From an uncultured cyanobacterium (GTDB lineage Bacteria; Cyanobacteriota; Cyanobacteriia; PCC-9006; JAAUQQ01), in assembly GCA_963718615.1 (NCBI GenBank), contig OY970368.1, positions 5,920,001 to 5,984,000 of the forward strand: 64,000 bases of DNA. Reading direction: 5' to 3'. This document shows, piece after piece, positions 1 through 10,320 of the stretch. Both the position numbers and the translations under genes were made by a program. The stretch's first letter is position 1, and each line of letters opens with the position of its first letter. The notes under the pieces were generated by a model. That model had not been told where the DNA came from, did not search any database, and saw nothing but the letters and a program-made list of their open reading frames with translations.

Positions 1-585
1 AAGCATGACCTATTGGTCGTCTCGGACGAAATCTACGAAAAAATTCTCTACGACGATTGCGAACACCTCAGCATTGGGGCCGCTGGTCCAGAAATCTTTG
101 CCCGTACGATTATTAGCAATGGCTTTGCAAAAGCCTATGCCATGACCGGTTGGCGCATTGGCTATTTGGCCGGTCCGGTGGAGCTTATCCAAGCGGCGAC
201 GACATTGCAAAGCCAGAGCACGTCGAATGTTTGTACGTTTGCTCAGTATGGGGCGATCGCCGCCCTCGAAGGTTCCCAGGACTGTGTGGCAACCATGCTC
301 GATGCCTTCGCCCAGCGGCGACAGGTGATCCTAGATCGGCTGAATGCCATGCCCGGTGTCATTTGTCCCCAGCCCACGGGTGCTTTTTATGTTTTTCCCA
401 ATATTAGTAAGTTTGGGCTCTCTTCGCTGGACTTTTGCAAACAGCTTCTCGATCAGCACCAGGTCGCTACGGTTCCCGGCGCGGCCTTTGGCGAGGACGG
501 TTGCATTCGGCTCTCCTACGCCACCGATTTAACAACCATCGAGAAAGGGCTGGAGCGGCTAGAGACGTTTTTAGCAGGACTCTAG
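1..585 (+). CDS. PLP-dependent aminotransferase class I/II (aspartate aminotransferase-like), 5' end outside window
   Basis: Frame open from base 1; motifs [20 protein letters not shown] (PLP lysine), GAFY and VPGAAFG...IRLSYA. Confidence 0.9.
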   Translation, partial: KHDLLVVSDEIYEKILYDDCEHLSIGAAGPEIFARTIISNGFAKAYAMTGWRIGYLAGPVELIQAATTLQSQSTSNVCTFAQYGAIAALEGSQDCVATMLDAFAQRRQVILDRLNAMPGVICPQPTGAFYVFPNISKFGLSSLDFCKQLLDQHQVATVPGAAFGEDGCIRLSYATDLTTIEKGLERLETFLAGL

Positions 586-596
586 CGAGGAGACTT

Positions 597-666
597 TGGC
601 AGGACCGTGGCAGGACCGTGGCAGGATTGCCGGGACGAAAAATCAGGATTGCCGGGAAGAAAAATA
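597..666. repeat. Short tandem duplications (11-nt and 22-nt units)
   Basis: TGGCAGGACCG x2 plus a partial copy, then CAGGATTGCCGGGA(C/A)GAAAAAT x2. Confidence 0.8.
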
Positions 667-907
667 TAGGAAAACTCCAAAATCGGTTTAAAGAAGCTTT
701 ATCGGGAGAGACAAAGCCTATGGGTAACATAAAGATACGTGTTTGCTACTAAATCGATTGGCGTAGATGGGTATTTTCTATACACGAATGATTTAGAGAG
801 CTAGCAGTCCCAGGGTGTTGATTGTCTAGCTTCTCTTCATCGCTGCGATGTGTCCTGGTTTAGGTCGCAGGAGTGTTGTGCTTTCATCTCATCCCATCGT
901 GATTCAG

Positions 908-1897
908 ATGCTGTCTTCCTCTTCTCCCCCGCTTGTTTCCATTGGGCTGCCGGTTTTTAATGGCGAAAACTATCTAGAGCAGGCCATTCAATCGATCCTG
1001 GCGCAAACGTTGACGGATTTTGAGCTGATTATTTCGGATAATGGTTCGAGCGATCGCACCGAAATCCTCTGCCGCCAATACGCCGCCCAGGACGATCGCA
1101 TCCGTTATGTGCGCAACGCCGAAAATCTAGGTGGTGCGGCGAATTTTAATCGCACGGTGGCCTTGGCGCGAGGCAAATATTTTAAGTGGGCGGCCCATGA
1201 TGATGTGATCGCCCCCAGCTTCCTCGCCACCTGTGTCGCCGCCCTCGAAACCCATCCTGACTGCGTTTTGGCCCATCCCTGGACGACCATCATGAACGAA
1301 AAGGGTCAGGCTCAGCAGCCCTACCAGCGGGATGGAACGCTACGCACCCAGTCTCTGGAACGGCGAGAGCGATTTGGGGATTTGGTTCTGTGTCAGCACC
1401 AGTGCTATCAGCTCTTTGGCCTGATGCAAACGGAAGTACTGCGTCAAACGCCGCTCCATGGCAACTATGGCCATGCCGATGGGGTTTTGCTGGCGCGATT
1501 GGCGTTGATGGGGCCGTTTTGTGAGATCCCCGAACGGTTATTTTGGGCGCGATCGCACCCCGAGCAAACCCTCTATCGCTTTATCTGGAGCCAAAAGCGC
1601 CCGGATTACTATGGGTTGACGATCTGGTGTGATCCTGCCCAGGCCGGACGGTTGATTTTGCCCAAATGGAAAATTCTGACTGAATATGCTCGGGCGATCG
1701 CCGCTGTTCCAATGGACCGGGGCGATCGCTGGGCCTGTGGGCAAATTCTGCTGCGCTGGGCTCGGATCTATTGGAAGGGACTGGTCCGAGACGGAGTCGT
1801 CGCATGCTCCTATCCTGGGCAAAAACTCGTTCGAGTCTGCCTGTCTCGGTTTCCCAAAATCGGCCCTGCTTCTCTCCCCTTTAAAGCGATTTCCTAG
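908..1897 (+). CDS. Glycosyltransferase family 2
   Basis: VSIGLPVFNGENYL...IISDNGSSD...NLGGAANFN...KWAAHDD; ATG at 908 preferred over 848. Confidence 0.9.
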   Translation: MLSSSSPPLVSIGLPVFNGENYLEQAIQSILAQTLTDFELIISDNGSSDRTEILCRQYAAQDDRIRYVRNAENLGGAANFNRTVALARGKYFKWAAHDDVIAPSFLATCVAALETHPDCVLAHPWTTIMNEKGQAQQPYQRDGTLRTQSLERRERFGDLVLCQHQCYQLFGLMQTEVLRQTPLHGNYGHADGVLLARLALMGPFCEIPERLFWARSHPEQTLYRFIWSQKRPDYYGLTIWCDPAQAGRLILPKWKILTEYARAIAAVPMDRGDRWACGQILLRWARIYWKGLVRDGVVACSYPGQKLVRVCLSRFPKIGPASLPFKAIS

Positions 1898-1912
1898 GTT
1901 TGGGTTAGGTTT

Positions 1913-2731
1913 ATGTTGATCTTTATTATTCCCCTACGGGGACGAGCCACGGCTCGGTCCTGGTTCCAGGTTTGCCAACTGTTTGAGCGCTGTCTACGCT
2001 CGGTCTGTAACCAGCGGAGCGATCGCTTTCAGGTCATTGTGGTTTGCAACGAAAAACCGGCAATTCCCTTTGAGCATCCTCAGGTGGAATACGTACAAGT
2101 GGATTATCCCCTGCCGCTCCATGAGCGAGGACGGTCTGAGGCGGAAACCCGGCTGATTATCGGTCACACGGACAAAGGTCGAAAAATTTTGCAAGGGCTG
2201 GTCGAAGCCGAAAAATATTATCCCACCCACACCATGGTGGTCGATGCTGATGATTGCGTCAGTCGGCGGTTAGCGGAATTCGTCAGCCATGCGCCCCAGG
2301 CCAACGGTTGGTTTATTCGGCGAGGGTATCGCTATCGAGAAGGGGGCGATCGCCTCTACCTCAAACGTCGAAAATTCCATGAAATGTGCGGCACTTGCAA
2401 TATTATCCGCTACGACCTCAATGCCCTTCCCCCAGAACCCGAATACGACCGGGGTTACGGCTATTACACGTTTTATATTGATCACGAAAAAGTGAAGGGG
2501 AATCTCGATCGCCACCACCATCCCCTCAAACCGCTGCCGTTCCTAGGCGCAATTTATATTGTTGGGACCGGCGAAAATCTCTACTATGACGCGCACAGAC
2601 TCACCACGTCACCCTTGGCTCGACTCAATCAAAAAGCCTTGACCCCGAAGATTCGCGGCGAATTTGGGCTGTATCCTTTGAGTCTGGATCAGCCCAAACC
2701 GGTCCTGATTGATTTTTTGCGGCTAACTTAA
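1913..2731 (+). CDS. GT-A fold glycosyltransferase (GT2-like)
   Basis: FIIPL...[10 protein letters not shown], DxD motif VVDADD; 15 nt downstream of the GT2 gene. Confidence 0.75.
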   Translation: MLIFIIPLRGRATARSWFQVCQLFERCLRSVCNQRSDRFQVIVVCNEKPAIPFEHPQVEYVQVDYPLPLHERGRSEAETRLIIGHTDKGRKILQGLVEAEKYYPTHTMVVDADDCVSRRLAEFVSHAPQANGWFIRRGYRYREGGDRLYLKRRKFHEMCGTCNIIRYDLNALPPEPEYDRGYGYYTFYIDHEKVKGNLDRHHHPLKPLPFLGAIYIVGTGENLYYDAHRLTTSPLARLNQKALTPKIRGEFGLYPLSLDQPKPVLIDFLRLT

Positions 2732-2970
2732 AAAACCTGTTCGATTTCGGCGATTTCAGGGATACATTCCCGCAGCTTGCGTTCGATCCCCATCCGCAGC
2801 GTCATTGCCGAACTGGGGCAGGAACCGCAAGCTCCTTGGAGACGAAGTTTGACGACGGGGCCCTCAATGTCCACTAACTCCACGTTGCCGCCGTCGGCCA
2901 TGAGATAAGGGCGCAGTTCGTTGAGGACCGTTTCTACGTTGTCGTTTGTGAGTGCTAATGCTTCAGCCAT
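2728..2970 (-). CDS. nfuA: NifU C-terminal domain (Nfu) Fe-S carrier protein
   Basis: [15 protein letters not shown]...[15 protein letters not shown] (CxxC). Confidence 0.92.
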   Translation of the reverse strand: MAEALALTNDNVETVLNELRPYLMADGGNVELVDIEGPVVKLRLQGACGSCPSSAMTLRMGIERKLRECIPEIAEIEQVF

Positions 2971-3039
2971 GGTAATTTCTTCAGGTTGCTAGAGAAAGAG
3001 GCAGTTCCCTCTCAATGGTACACAAAGAACCGAAACCCG

Positions 3040-3079
3040 AAAAAAATGCCAGCCTCGCTCCCTGTAAACGCGGCTGGCA
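3040..3079 (-). terminator. Intrinsic terminator downstream of the small ORF
   Basis: Minus strand TGCCAGCC...GGCTGGCA stem followed by T7. Confidence 0.7.
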
Positions 3080-3209
3080 ATCATCATCTGAACAGAACGA
3101 GGACTTCCGCAGAGACCTTGGGCTCTGATTCCCTGGGAAGACATTAAGATGCACCCTAAACCTAAAAACCTAAAATGCTTGAGGTTAAGATTTGGGCGAA
3201 AGCTGGGGC

Positions 3210-3344
3210 TTAGGCGTCTTCTTCAAGACGAATAATATAGCCCTTACGCTTTTCGGGTTTGGGCTTATCTTTGGCATCTGCCGCCGCAAGCTCCTTGGTA
3301 AAGATCGCTAGGAAGAGAACTCCTAACAAAATCGGCATAATCAT
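3210..3344 (-). CDS. 44-aa small protein with N-terminal hydrophobic helix (not in ORF track)
   Basis: MIMPILLGVLFLAIFTKELAAADAKDKPKPEKRKGYIIRLEEDA; AGGGA upstream of ATG; terminator downstream. Confidence 0.6.
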   Translation of the reverse strand: MIMPILLGVLFLAIFTKELAAADAKDKPKPEKRKGYIIRLEEDA

Positions 3345-3580
3345 GGTGTGATATTCCCTGAGAACGGTGAGTGAAGCCGTTTGATTAGCTTGTCTCTACT
3401 TTCCCAGGGGTCTCAGATTCTGTCGATACAGGATCCGTCAGAGTTTTCGGGACCAAAAGATAAGGATTTGTTCACAAAGCGCTTCCAATTGCAGCAAACT
3501 ACAGGAAAATACAGCGATCGCCCCGGTAAACTACTGAAATCCCTGTGTCTATCTGTGCATTCATGCGCGATCGCAAACCA

Positions 3581-5101
3581 ATGGGGGCTAACGAGGCTCT
3601 GCAATTTATTAACGAGGTGCTGACCCAGGAGCTGGGTGAGCAGGCGCTGAATGATCTTCAGCAGGAGCTTTTGCGAGGGGTCTGGGTGGGAAAAAGCTAC
3701 AAGGAGATTCACCGGGACTTTCCTGTCTGTGGCCTAGAACATCTCAGCCGGAATGTGGCTTCTCAGCTTTGGCAACGGTTAAGCAAGGTGACGGGGGAGA
3801 AGGTCAGAAAGACCACTGTGCGGACGGCGATCGCCCGCGCCATCGAACAGCGACAATGGCAGCCTCTGGGATATTCTACGCCTCAGTCCTTAAATCCGCA
3901 GCCTTCTGCCGAAGATTTCACAGAAGCTTTCATGGAAGATTGCACAGAGGCCTTCACGGAAGCTGCTTCAGAGGCATCAGAGCTTCACCCAGCGCCGCAA
4001 TCTATCCTAGCGGAAGCGGACGGAGATTTTTCTGATTCTGGAGAATTTCCCGATCGCGGCTTTCCGGAGGCCCATGAACAACCCCAGCTTAGTTGGGTAG
4101 AAGCTCCGGATACGAGCATTTTTTATGGGCGTAAACAGGAACTCCAGGAGCTCGACCAGCGGATTCGGCTAGATGGCTGTCGGCTTTTGGTTCTCTGCGG
4201 TACGGCGGGAGTTGGTAAGACGCTGCTGGCCAGTAAGCTCGGGCAGCAGGTGAAGCAGCAGTTTAAGCAGATGGTCTGGAAGTCGCTGCGCGACTCGCCG
4301 CCGCTGCCGTTGGAGCATTTGATCGCGGACTTGATGCGATCGCTCACCGGATCTCCCACGGCGCTCAATTCTCCAGCGGTTCCAACCTCCTTAGATCTGG
4401 TGAAATACTTATTTGAACAAAGCTGTTTGATTGTATTGGATAGCTTTGAGACCGTGCTTCTGGGGGGAGACGACGAAGGTCGCTATTGCCGGGGGTACGA
4501 GGCCTATCGCGATTTGATTTTGCGGCTGGGCAGCACAGCCCATCAGAGTTGTGTGGTGCTGACCACGCGGGAAAAACCCCAAGAAGTGGCAACGTTGGAA
4601 GGACCGGAGGGGCGAACCGTCTGTCTGACCTTGCAGGGGCTCAAGGAACTGGATGCCCAGGATTTGCTAGAAAGTAAAGGGCTGTGGGCGGATTCCCCAG
4701 GGGCTTGGCTACCGCTGATGCAGGCTTGTGATGGCAATCCTCGGGCGCTGCAGGCGATCGCCAGTCAATGTCGCGAATTGTTTGATGGCAATGCCCAGCT
4801 CCTGCTGCGCTATCTTCGGCCCTGCATCGACTCTGACATTCTGCAACTCCAGGCGGCGCAGTGGCAGCGACTTTCGCGCGCTGAACAGCAGACGTTGCAG
4901 GCGTTGCTGCAAGCGCGTCAGCAGCCCCGCACAGTGCCGACGTTGCTTTATTTTACGGAGGTGCAGCCCATTCCAGAGGTGGCTCCGGAGCGGTTGCCGA
5001 TGGTGTTGCAGTCGTTATTGAGGCGATCCCTCGTGACGAAATCCGGGGCCTATTATGCAGTAGTGCCGTTAATGGAGCAGTATCTCCGATCCATGGGCTG
5101 A
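3581..5101 (+). CDS. NB-ARC/STAND NTPase with N-terminal helical (HTH-like) domain and no C-terminal WD40/TPR repeats
   Basis: WVEAPDTSIFYGR, Walker A GTAGVGKT, Walker B CLIVLDSFE, LTTRE, GNPRAL; start 3581 inferred (ORF open from 3545). Confidence 0.85.
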   Translation: MGANEALQFINEVLTQELGEQALNDLQQELLRGVWVGKSYKEIHRDFPVCGLEHLSRNVASQLWQRLSKVTGEKVRKTTVRTAIARAIEQRQWQPLGYSTPQSLNPQPSAEDFTEAFMEDCTEAFTEAASEASELHPAPQSILAEADGDFSDSGEFPDRGFPEAHEQPQLSWVEAPDTSIFYGRKQELQELDQRIRLDGCRLLVLCGTAGVGKTLLASKLGQQVKQQFKQMVWKSLRDSPPLPLEHLIADLMRSLTGSPTALNSPAVPTSLDLVKYLFEQSCLIVLDSFETVLLGGDDEGRYCRGYEAYRDLILRLGSTAHQSCVVLTTREKPQEVATLEGPEGRTVCLTLQGLKELDAQDLLESKGLWADSPGAWLPLMQACDGNPRALQAIASQCRELFDGNAQLLLRYLRPCIDSDILQLQAAQWQRLSRAEQQTLQALLQARQQPRTVPTLLYFTEVQPIPEVAPERLPMVLQSLLRRSLVTKSGAYYAVVPLMEQYLRSMG

Positions 5102-5306
5102 GCCTCGCGCAATGGAGCTTAAGAAACTTGCAGATCAGGTTCTTGCAGATGGTCCTCCGTCTGCTTCTTCGAGTCCCTTCTATCCTCCCTTCTATCCTAA
5201 GATAGATTTTTGAATCTCTATCAAAAGTAATAGTCTGTAGAAAATAAATAAATCTCACTTAGACTTTAGTCTGTTTTCTCAAACCCTCGGATCTTTAGGA
5301 TTACTC

Positions 5307-7244
5307 ATGTCCAGTTCCTATCGAACCATTCTTATCCTCTGTGATGCAGATGAATGCGATCGCTCCTATCTCCATGACCTAGCACGCGACTCTAATTTTA
5401 GACTTGTCATCGGGCGAACCGATAGTCCGATTGTTAGTCTATGCAAATCCCAGAACATTGATGTGATTGTCTGGGATTTGTCTGAATCCGAGGGTGATCC
5501 GATTGAAAGCTTGCATCAATTCCAGCCCCAGTTATCTGCAAGTCAGCGACCGTGGGTTGTGATTGGGGGCGATCAGGTGGAGGTTGCTGTGGGTTGCTTG
5601 CAGGCTGGAGCCGCCGATTATCTGGTCAAAACCAGGCTTACGCCTGAGCGCTTACGGCTGGCGCTGAAGACAGAAAGCGCCTTGCACCAATCGGAAGCAC
5701 GCTATCGAGTCCTATTCAAAACCATGGAGGATGGTTTCTGCGTCATTGAGGTGATATTTGATGCTGAAAAAACACCCGTTGACTATCGTTTTGTCGAACT
5801 TAATCCCGCCTTTGAACGACATACCGGCCTTCGAGAAGCCGCAGGCAAAACTGCCCGTCAACTGCTTCCAGAGTTAGAAGAGCATTGGTTCCAAATCTAC
5901 GGCAGCGTTGCCCTGACGGGGGAGCCAGTTCGATTTGAGAATGGCTCTGAGGCCATGAATCGCTGGTTTGAAGTCTATGCCTTTCGGATTGAACAGCCGG
6001 AAGATCGCAAAGTTGCTGTGCTGTTTAGGGAGATTAGCGATCGCAAAACCCTTGAAACCCAGCAAGAGCGGCTGTTAAAACAAGAGCAGAAAGCCCGAGA
6101 GGCAGCGGAGCGAGCCAATCGCATCAAAGACGATTTTTTGGCGATTTTATCCCATGAGTTGCGATCGCCCCTCAACCCCATTTTAGGATGGTCAAGGCTA
6201 TTGCAAACCCATAGTCTCAATGCGGAGAAAACAGCCTTAGCCCTAGCCACAATTGAGCGCAATGCAAAATTGCAAACACAACTCGTCGATGATTTGTTGG
6301 ATGTTGCAAAAATTCTTCGCGGCAAGCTGACCTTGAACAGGGCTCCGGTTAACCTTTCTGAGATGATTGAGTCGGCCATTGAGACGGTTAGAGCCTTTGC
6401 TCAAATGCACGCGGTTTCGCTCTATATGGACATCCAATCGATGGGGCCAGTGTGTGGCGACGAAGCTCGTCTGCAACAGGTGATTTGGAATCTCCTATCC
6501 AATGCAATCAAATTTACGCCTAGGGGGGGTCGGGTTGATATTTATTTAGAACAAGTCGACCATCATGCTCAAATCCGAATTCAGGATACGGGAAAAGGCA
6601 TTAATCCTACATTTCTGCCGCATATTTTTGATTCTTTTCGTCAGGAAGATGCTTCTATTACCCGTCAGCATGGGGGGCTTGGCCTGGGGCTGGCGATTGT
6701 TCGGCATTTAGTCGAAACTCAGGGCGGAACGATCGCCGCAGAAAGTGCAGGCGAAGGCCAAGGGGCGACCTTTACCGTCACATTTCCGCTATTCAATCAG
6801 GAAAACAATTCAGCGATCGCGGCTCAGAATGCCCCTGAAAATTTTGATCTGACCGGCCTTCGTATCCTCACAGTGGATGACAACTCCGATGCCTGTGAAC
6901 TGATGCAAATCCTACTTGCCCAATACGGAGCCAACGTGATGACGGCTGCCTCGGCGACTGAAGCCTTGGCCCTGCTAGAGGTTTTTCAGCCGGATGTATT
7001 GGTCAGCGATTTGGGAATGCCTGAAATGGATGGTTATGCCTTGATTGAGCAGATTCGGACATTCTCCCCCGAGCGCTGTGGGCAGATTCCGGCGATCGCC
7101 CTCACCGCCTACGCCCGAGAAACAGATATCCAACGAGCTCTCGCCTGCGGCTATCAAAAGCACTTAATTAAGCCCCTCGATGTAGACCATCTGATTCAAG
7201 CCGTTGCTGCGTTGATGGCCAATCCGCCAATTTCGAGACCTTAG
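5307..7244 (+). CDS. Hybrid sensor histidine kinase (degenerate REC-PAS-HisKA-HATPase-REC)
   Basis: LSHELRSPL, NLLSNAIKFT, DTGKGI, GGLGLGL; C-terminal VDDN...SDLGMPEMDG...KP. Confidence 0.92.
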   Translation: MSSSYRTILILCDADECDRSYLHDLARDSNFRLVIGRTDSPIVSLCKSQNIDVIVWDLSESEGDPIESLHQFQPQLSASQRPWVVIGGDQVEVAVGCLQAGAADYLVKTRLTPERLRLALKTESALHQSEARYRVLFKTMEDGFCVIEVIFDAEKTPVDYRFVELNPAFERHTGLREAAGKTARQLLPELEEHWFQIYGSVALTGEPVRFENGSEAMNRWFEVYAFRIEQPEDRKVAVLFREISDRKTLETQQERLLKQEQKAREAAERANRIKDDFLAILSHELRSPLNPILGWSRLLQTHSLNAEKTALALATIERNAKLQTQLVDDLLDVAKILRGKLTLNRAPVNLSEMIESAIETVRAFAQMHAVSLYMDIQSMGPVCGDEARLQQVIWNLLSNAIKFTPRGGRVDIYLEQVDHHAQIRIQDTGKGINPTFLPHIFDSFRQEDASITRQHGGLGLGLAIVRHLVETQGGTIAAESAGEGQGATFTVTFPLFNQENNSAIAAQNAPENFDLTGLRILTVDDNSDACELMQILLAQYGANVMTAASATEALALLEVFQPDVLVSDLGMPEMDGYALIEQIRTFSPERCGQIPAIALTAYARETDIQRALACGYQKHLIKPLDVDHLIQAVAALMANPPISRP

Positions 7245-7347
7245 GCACGGTACTCAAGCCGTTTTCAAACAGGCAAGCTAAGGTTGAAAGAACCCTAGAC
7301 GGTGATGGATCGGCTGGGGAGAGACCATCGAATGTGATCGAGACGCT

Positions 7348-9393
7348 ATGAACTTTTTGCAGGATTTAGACCAGGTGGCGATCGCCCGCCAAAAGGCCGT
7401 AACTCATCTGGGCCAGATCATCCATCTTCTGAGCGAGTCTGAAACTGCCGAGCCAGGTCGATCGGGGGCGCTAGAGCTGAGCCAAGCGGTGGAAACCCTC
7501 AAAACCACCCGGCAAAACCTGGAAATGGGGGTGTTTCGGCTGTTGGTCCTGGGGGATCTGAAGCGGGGGAAAAGTACGCTGCTGAATGCCCTCTTGGGCG
7601 ATCGCCTCCTGCCCAGTGATGTGACGCCTTGCACGGCGGTCCTGACGGTGGTCAAGTATGGGCCGCAAAAGCAGGTGACGGTGTATTTTGTGGGCGATCG
7701 CCCCCCGCAAACCCTGAGTTTTGACGCCTTTCGCGAAACCTACACGATTTCCCCCGACGAAACCAAACGGCTGGAAGCGGAGCAACAATTGGCCTTTCCA
7801 CAGGTCAGCCATGCGGTCGTCGAGCATCCGCTGCCGCTGCTGCAATCGGGAATTGAGCTGATCGACACACCGGGGCTGAACGACACCGAAGCCCGCAATC
7901 GTCAGGTCTTGGACTATCTCAACAGTTGCCATGCAGTTCTGTTTGTGCTCAGCGCCTCCCAGCCCTGCACGCTAGAGGAGCGGCGGTATTTGCAAAACTA
8001 TTTGCTCAATCGGGGGTTGACGGTCTTTTTCCTAATCAATGGCTGGGACCGGATTCGGGACGGGTTGGTGGATCCAGAAGACGCCAATGCAGTTGCTGAG
8101 GCAGAAGCGAAGGTTCGACAGGTGTTTCAGGCCGGTTTGGGTGATGCGGTGACGACGGAGGCGTATGGCGATCGCGTCTTCGAAATTTCGGCGCTGCAAG
8201 CCCTGCGCCAGAAGCTCAAGCATCCCGAAGCAACCCTGGAAGGCACGGGACTGGATCGGTTTTTGGCGACGTTGGGGCAATATTTAGCTCGCGATCGCGC
8301 TCCAGCGGAACTCCAGCGCGTCCAAGCCCTGGCCCAGCAAACCCATCAGCGGGTGCGGGAGGCGATCGAACGGCGGATTCCCCTGTTGGAACAAAGCCAG
8401 ATGGAATTGGAGGCCAACATTGCGTCGATCCAGTCGGAATTTGACCAGTTGGCGGCAATTCGGGACCAGTTTGGCCAATTGATTCAGCGCACCCGAGAGG
8501 AACAGGCGGGGGCGATCGCCGAGTCATTTAAAACCTATATTCTCAAACTGGAACTGACGTTTGAAGAGGACTTTGTCGCCTCCCAGCCAGACCTAGAATT
8601 TCTGCAATTTATCCAAAAGGAAAATCGCGCTAAGTTTCACCGCCAGTTTCGCCAAGCCTTCGAACGCTACATGAACGATCGCCTGGTGGCCTGGGAATTC
8701 ATGGCAAAACAGAACCTCGGCAAAAGTTTTGATCAGCTCCAGGAAGAGGCTAAGGTCTATGCAGATGCCTATGCAAAAGTGATTGATGTCATGAATCAGA
8801 AGCTGTTGGGCGATCGCTTTACCCTCTTCGAGCAACAGTACAAGTCGGAGGAGGGACAGGCTTGGTTGGATGCGATCGCAGAGATTTTCGAAGCCCTGCC
8901 GGATCAGCTTAACCAAAGCATCCGGCCCTTCAATCAGTTTTGGCAGCAGGTCTTGCTCTATGCCTGTATCTACGCAGCGGTGAATATTGCCGTAATTTTA
9001 GTCGGTATTGTTTTCAGCAGTTTGTTCCTCAGCATTGTGGCGGCGTTAGCTGTAGGAGCAGGGGTTGTGGGAGCGCAGGCAGAAGTTGTGCGGCAAACTT
9101 TTCTTAAGAAAACCAAGGAAGAGTTCGTCAAATGTTTGCCTCAAATTGCCGATGAGCAACAGCCGCTGATTCGTCGTGCAGTCCAGCGATGCTTTGACAA
9201 CTACGAAGCGGAGGTGACAGAACGGATCAATGGCGACATTGGCCGACGCCGCGCCGAGCTCAACAATCTGCTCAAGCAAAAGGAATCGACAGCGGTGAAT
9301 CAGGGGCAAGAGGTTCAGCGATTGCGGCAGTTGGAGCAGAGCCTAACGGAGCAAGTGCAGCAGCTTGGACAGGTTATCCCCCAGACTGATTGA
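7348..9393 (+). CDS. Bacterial dynamin-like GTPase
   Basis: G1 GDLKRGKST, G2 TPCTA, G3 DTPG, G4-like NGWD; helical stalk; long hydrophobic segment near the C-terminus. Confidence 0.88.
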   Translation: MNFLQDLDQVAIARQKAVTHLGQIIHLLSESETAEPGRSGALELSQAVETLKTTRQNLEMGVFRLLVLGDLKRGKSTLLNALLGDRLLPSDVTPCTAVLTVVKYGPQKQVTVYFVGDRPPQTLSFDAFRETYTISPDETKRLEAEQQLAFPQVSHAVVEHPLPLLQSGIELIDTPGLNDTEARNRQVLDYLNSCHAVLFVLSASQPCTLEERRYLQNYLLNRGLTVFFLINGWDRIRDGLVDPEDANAVAEAEAKVRQVFQAGLGDAVTTEAYGDRVFEISALQALRQKLKHPEATLEGTGLDRFLATLGQYLARDRAPAELQRVQALAQQTHQRVREAIERRIPLLEQSQMELEANIASIQSEFDQLAAIRDQFGQLIQRTREEQAGAIAESFKTYILKLELTFEEDFVASQPDLEFLQFIQKENRAKFHRQFRQAFERYMNDRLVAWEFMAKQNLGKSFDQLQEEAKVYADAYAKVIDVMNQKLLGDRFTLFEQQYKSEEGQAWLDAIAEIFEALPDQLNQSIRPFNQFWQQVLLYACIYAAVNIAVILVGIVFSSLFLSIVAALAVGAGVVGAQAEVVRQTFLKKTKEEFVKCLPQIADEQQPLIRRAVQRCFDNYEAEVTERINGDIGRRRAELNNLLKQKESTAVNQGQEVQRLRQLEQSLTEQVQQLGQVIPQTD

Positions 9394-9434
9394 CAGTCGG
9401 GTCTGACCTGCCATTGGGGGAGTCTGCTCCTGAT

Positions 9435-10169
9435 TTAGAGATCCTCAGGGCGAATGCCAAGTTCCAACAGCTTAGTCCGTAAACGAGCATTTTCTGTTTC
9501 TATGGTTTGTTGCGTTGCCGTCAAGGTCTGGTTTGCCTTGAGTAAGGCTTGATTGGCCTCGGATAGCTCGTCGGGGGTTAGGAGCTTTTCTCCGGTGTCC
9601 TCACGGTAAAACCGCAGCAAACCGTCTTCAACGACCAATCTTAACTGGAGGACTTCGCTGCGGCGATCGCCCACCACTTGGTAGCGCTCACCATCATGGC
9701 GGTAGCCCAACAAATGCTCCGCAATCCACTCCCCCTTGGGATCAAATTGCCAGTATTCTCGTACACCCAGTTGCTCATAAAGTAACTTTTTGAAGGTTTG
9801 ATCCTCATCCTGCGTTCCCTTCGAGGTGACTTCAAAAATAATGGCTGGGACTTCACCTTCCTCCCAAAGTTTGTAATGCTCCCGTCCACCAGGTAGCACA
9901 TCAAAAACCACCATGACATCTGGAGCTACACGCAATCTGGGGTAGCCTTGGGCATAGTAGAGAAATTGGTTGGAGAGGACGGTGCCGGGGTGATCCGGCG
10001 ATCGCGAAAACCGGCTCGATTCTGTGTTGAGATATTGTTTGAGAATCGAGAAGATCGTGATGATCGCCACTAAATGTACATAGGTCTCTGCCAACGGTTC
10101 ACCATCACTGCTGGGATAGACAATCTCAAGGGATTGGGGCGGCTGGGACTGAGCGCTCAGAATGGTCAT
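9435..10169 (-). CDS. Uma2 family (DUF820) endonuclease-like protein with coiled-coil tail
   Basis: YPSSDGEPLAET, APDVMVVF, FEVTSKGT...D...K...Y...GVREYW.FDP. Confidence 0.9.
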   Translation of the reverse strand: MTILSAQSQPPQSLEIVYPSSDGEPLAETYVHLVAIITIFSILKQYLNTESSRFSRSPDHPGTVLSNQFLYYAQGYPRLRVAPDVMVVFDVLPGGREHYKLWEEGEVPAIIFEVTSKGTQDEDQTFKKLLYEQLGVREYWQFDPKGEWIAEHLLGYRHDGERYQVVGDRRSEVLQLRLVVEDGLLRFYREDTGEKLLTPDELSEANQALLKANQTLTATQQTIETENARLRTKLLELGIRPEDL

Positions 10170-10241
10170 GCTCGCCTAGGGTTGAAAGGAGTAAGAAAGC
10201 TACTCTCTATGCTAAACGAAAGGTTGAGACTGCTTTTGATC

Positions 10242-10275
10242 AAAAAGCTGGGGACACTGCAATGCAATGTCCCCA
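10242..10275 (-). terminator. Intrinsic terminator of chlP
   Basis: Minus strand GGGGACATTGCA-T-TGCAGTGTCCCC hairpin then AGCTTTTT. Confidence 0.75.
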
Positions 10276-10320
10276 AGAAATTTTCTAGGTCAATCCATCA
10301 ATCCGTCAGTATGCCTGGGG

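Noticed and set aside
724-738. Possible NtcA box GTAACATAAAGATAC
   Set aside because: Spacing is GTA-N9-TAC, not the canonical N8
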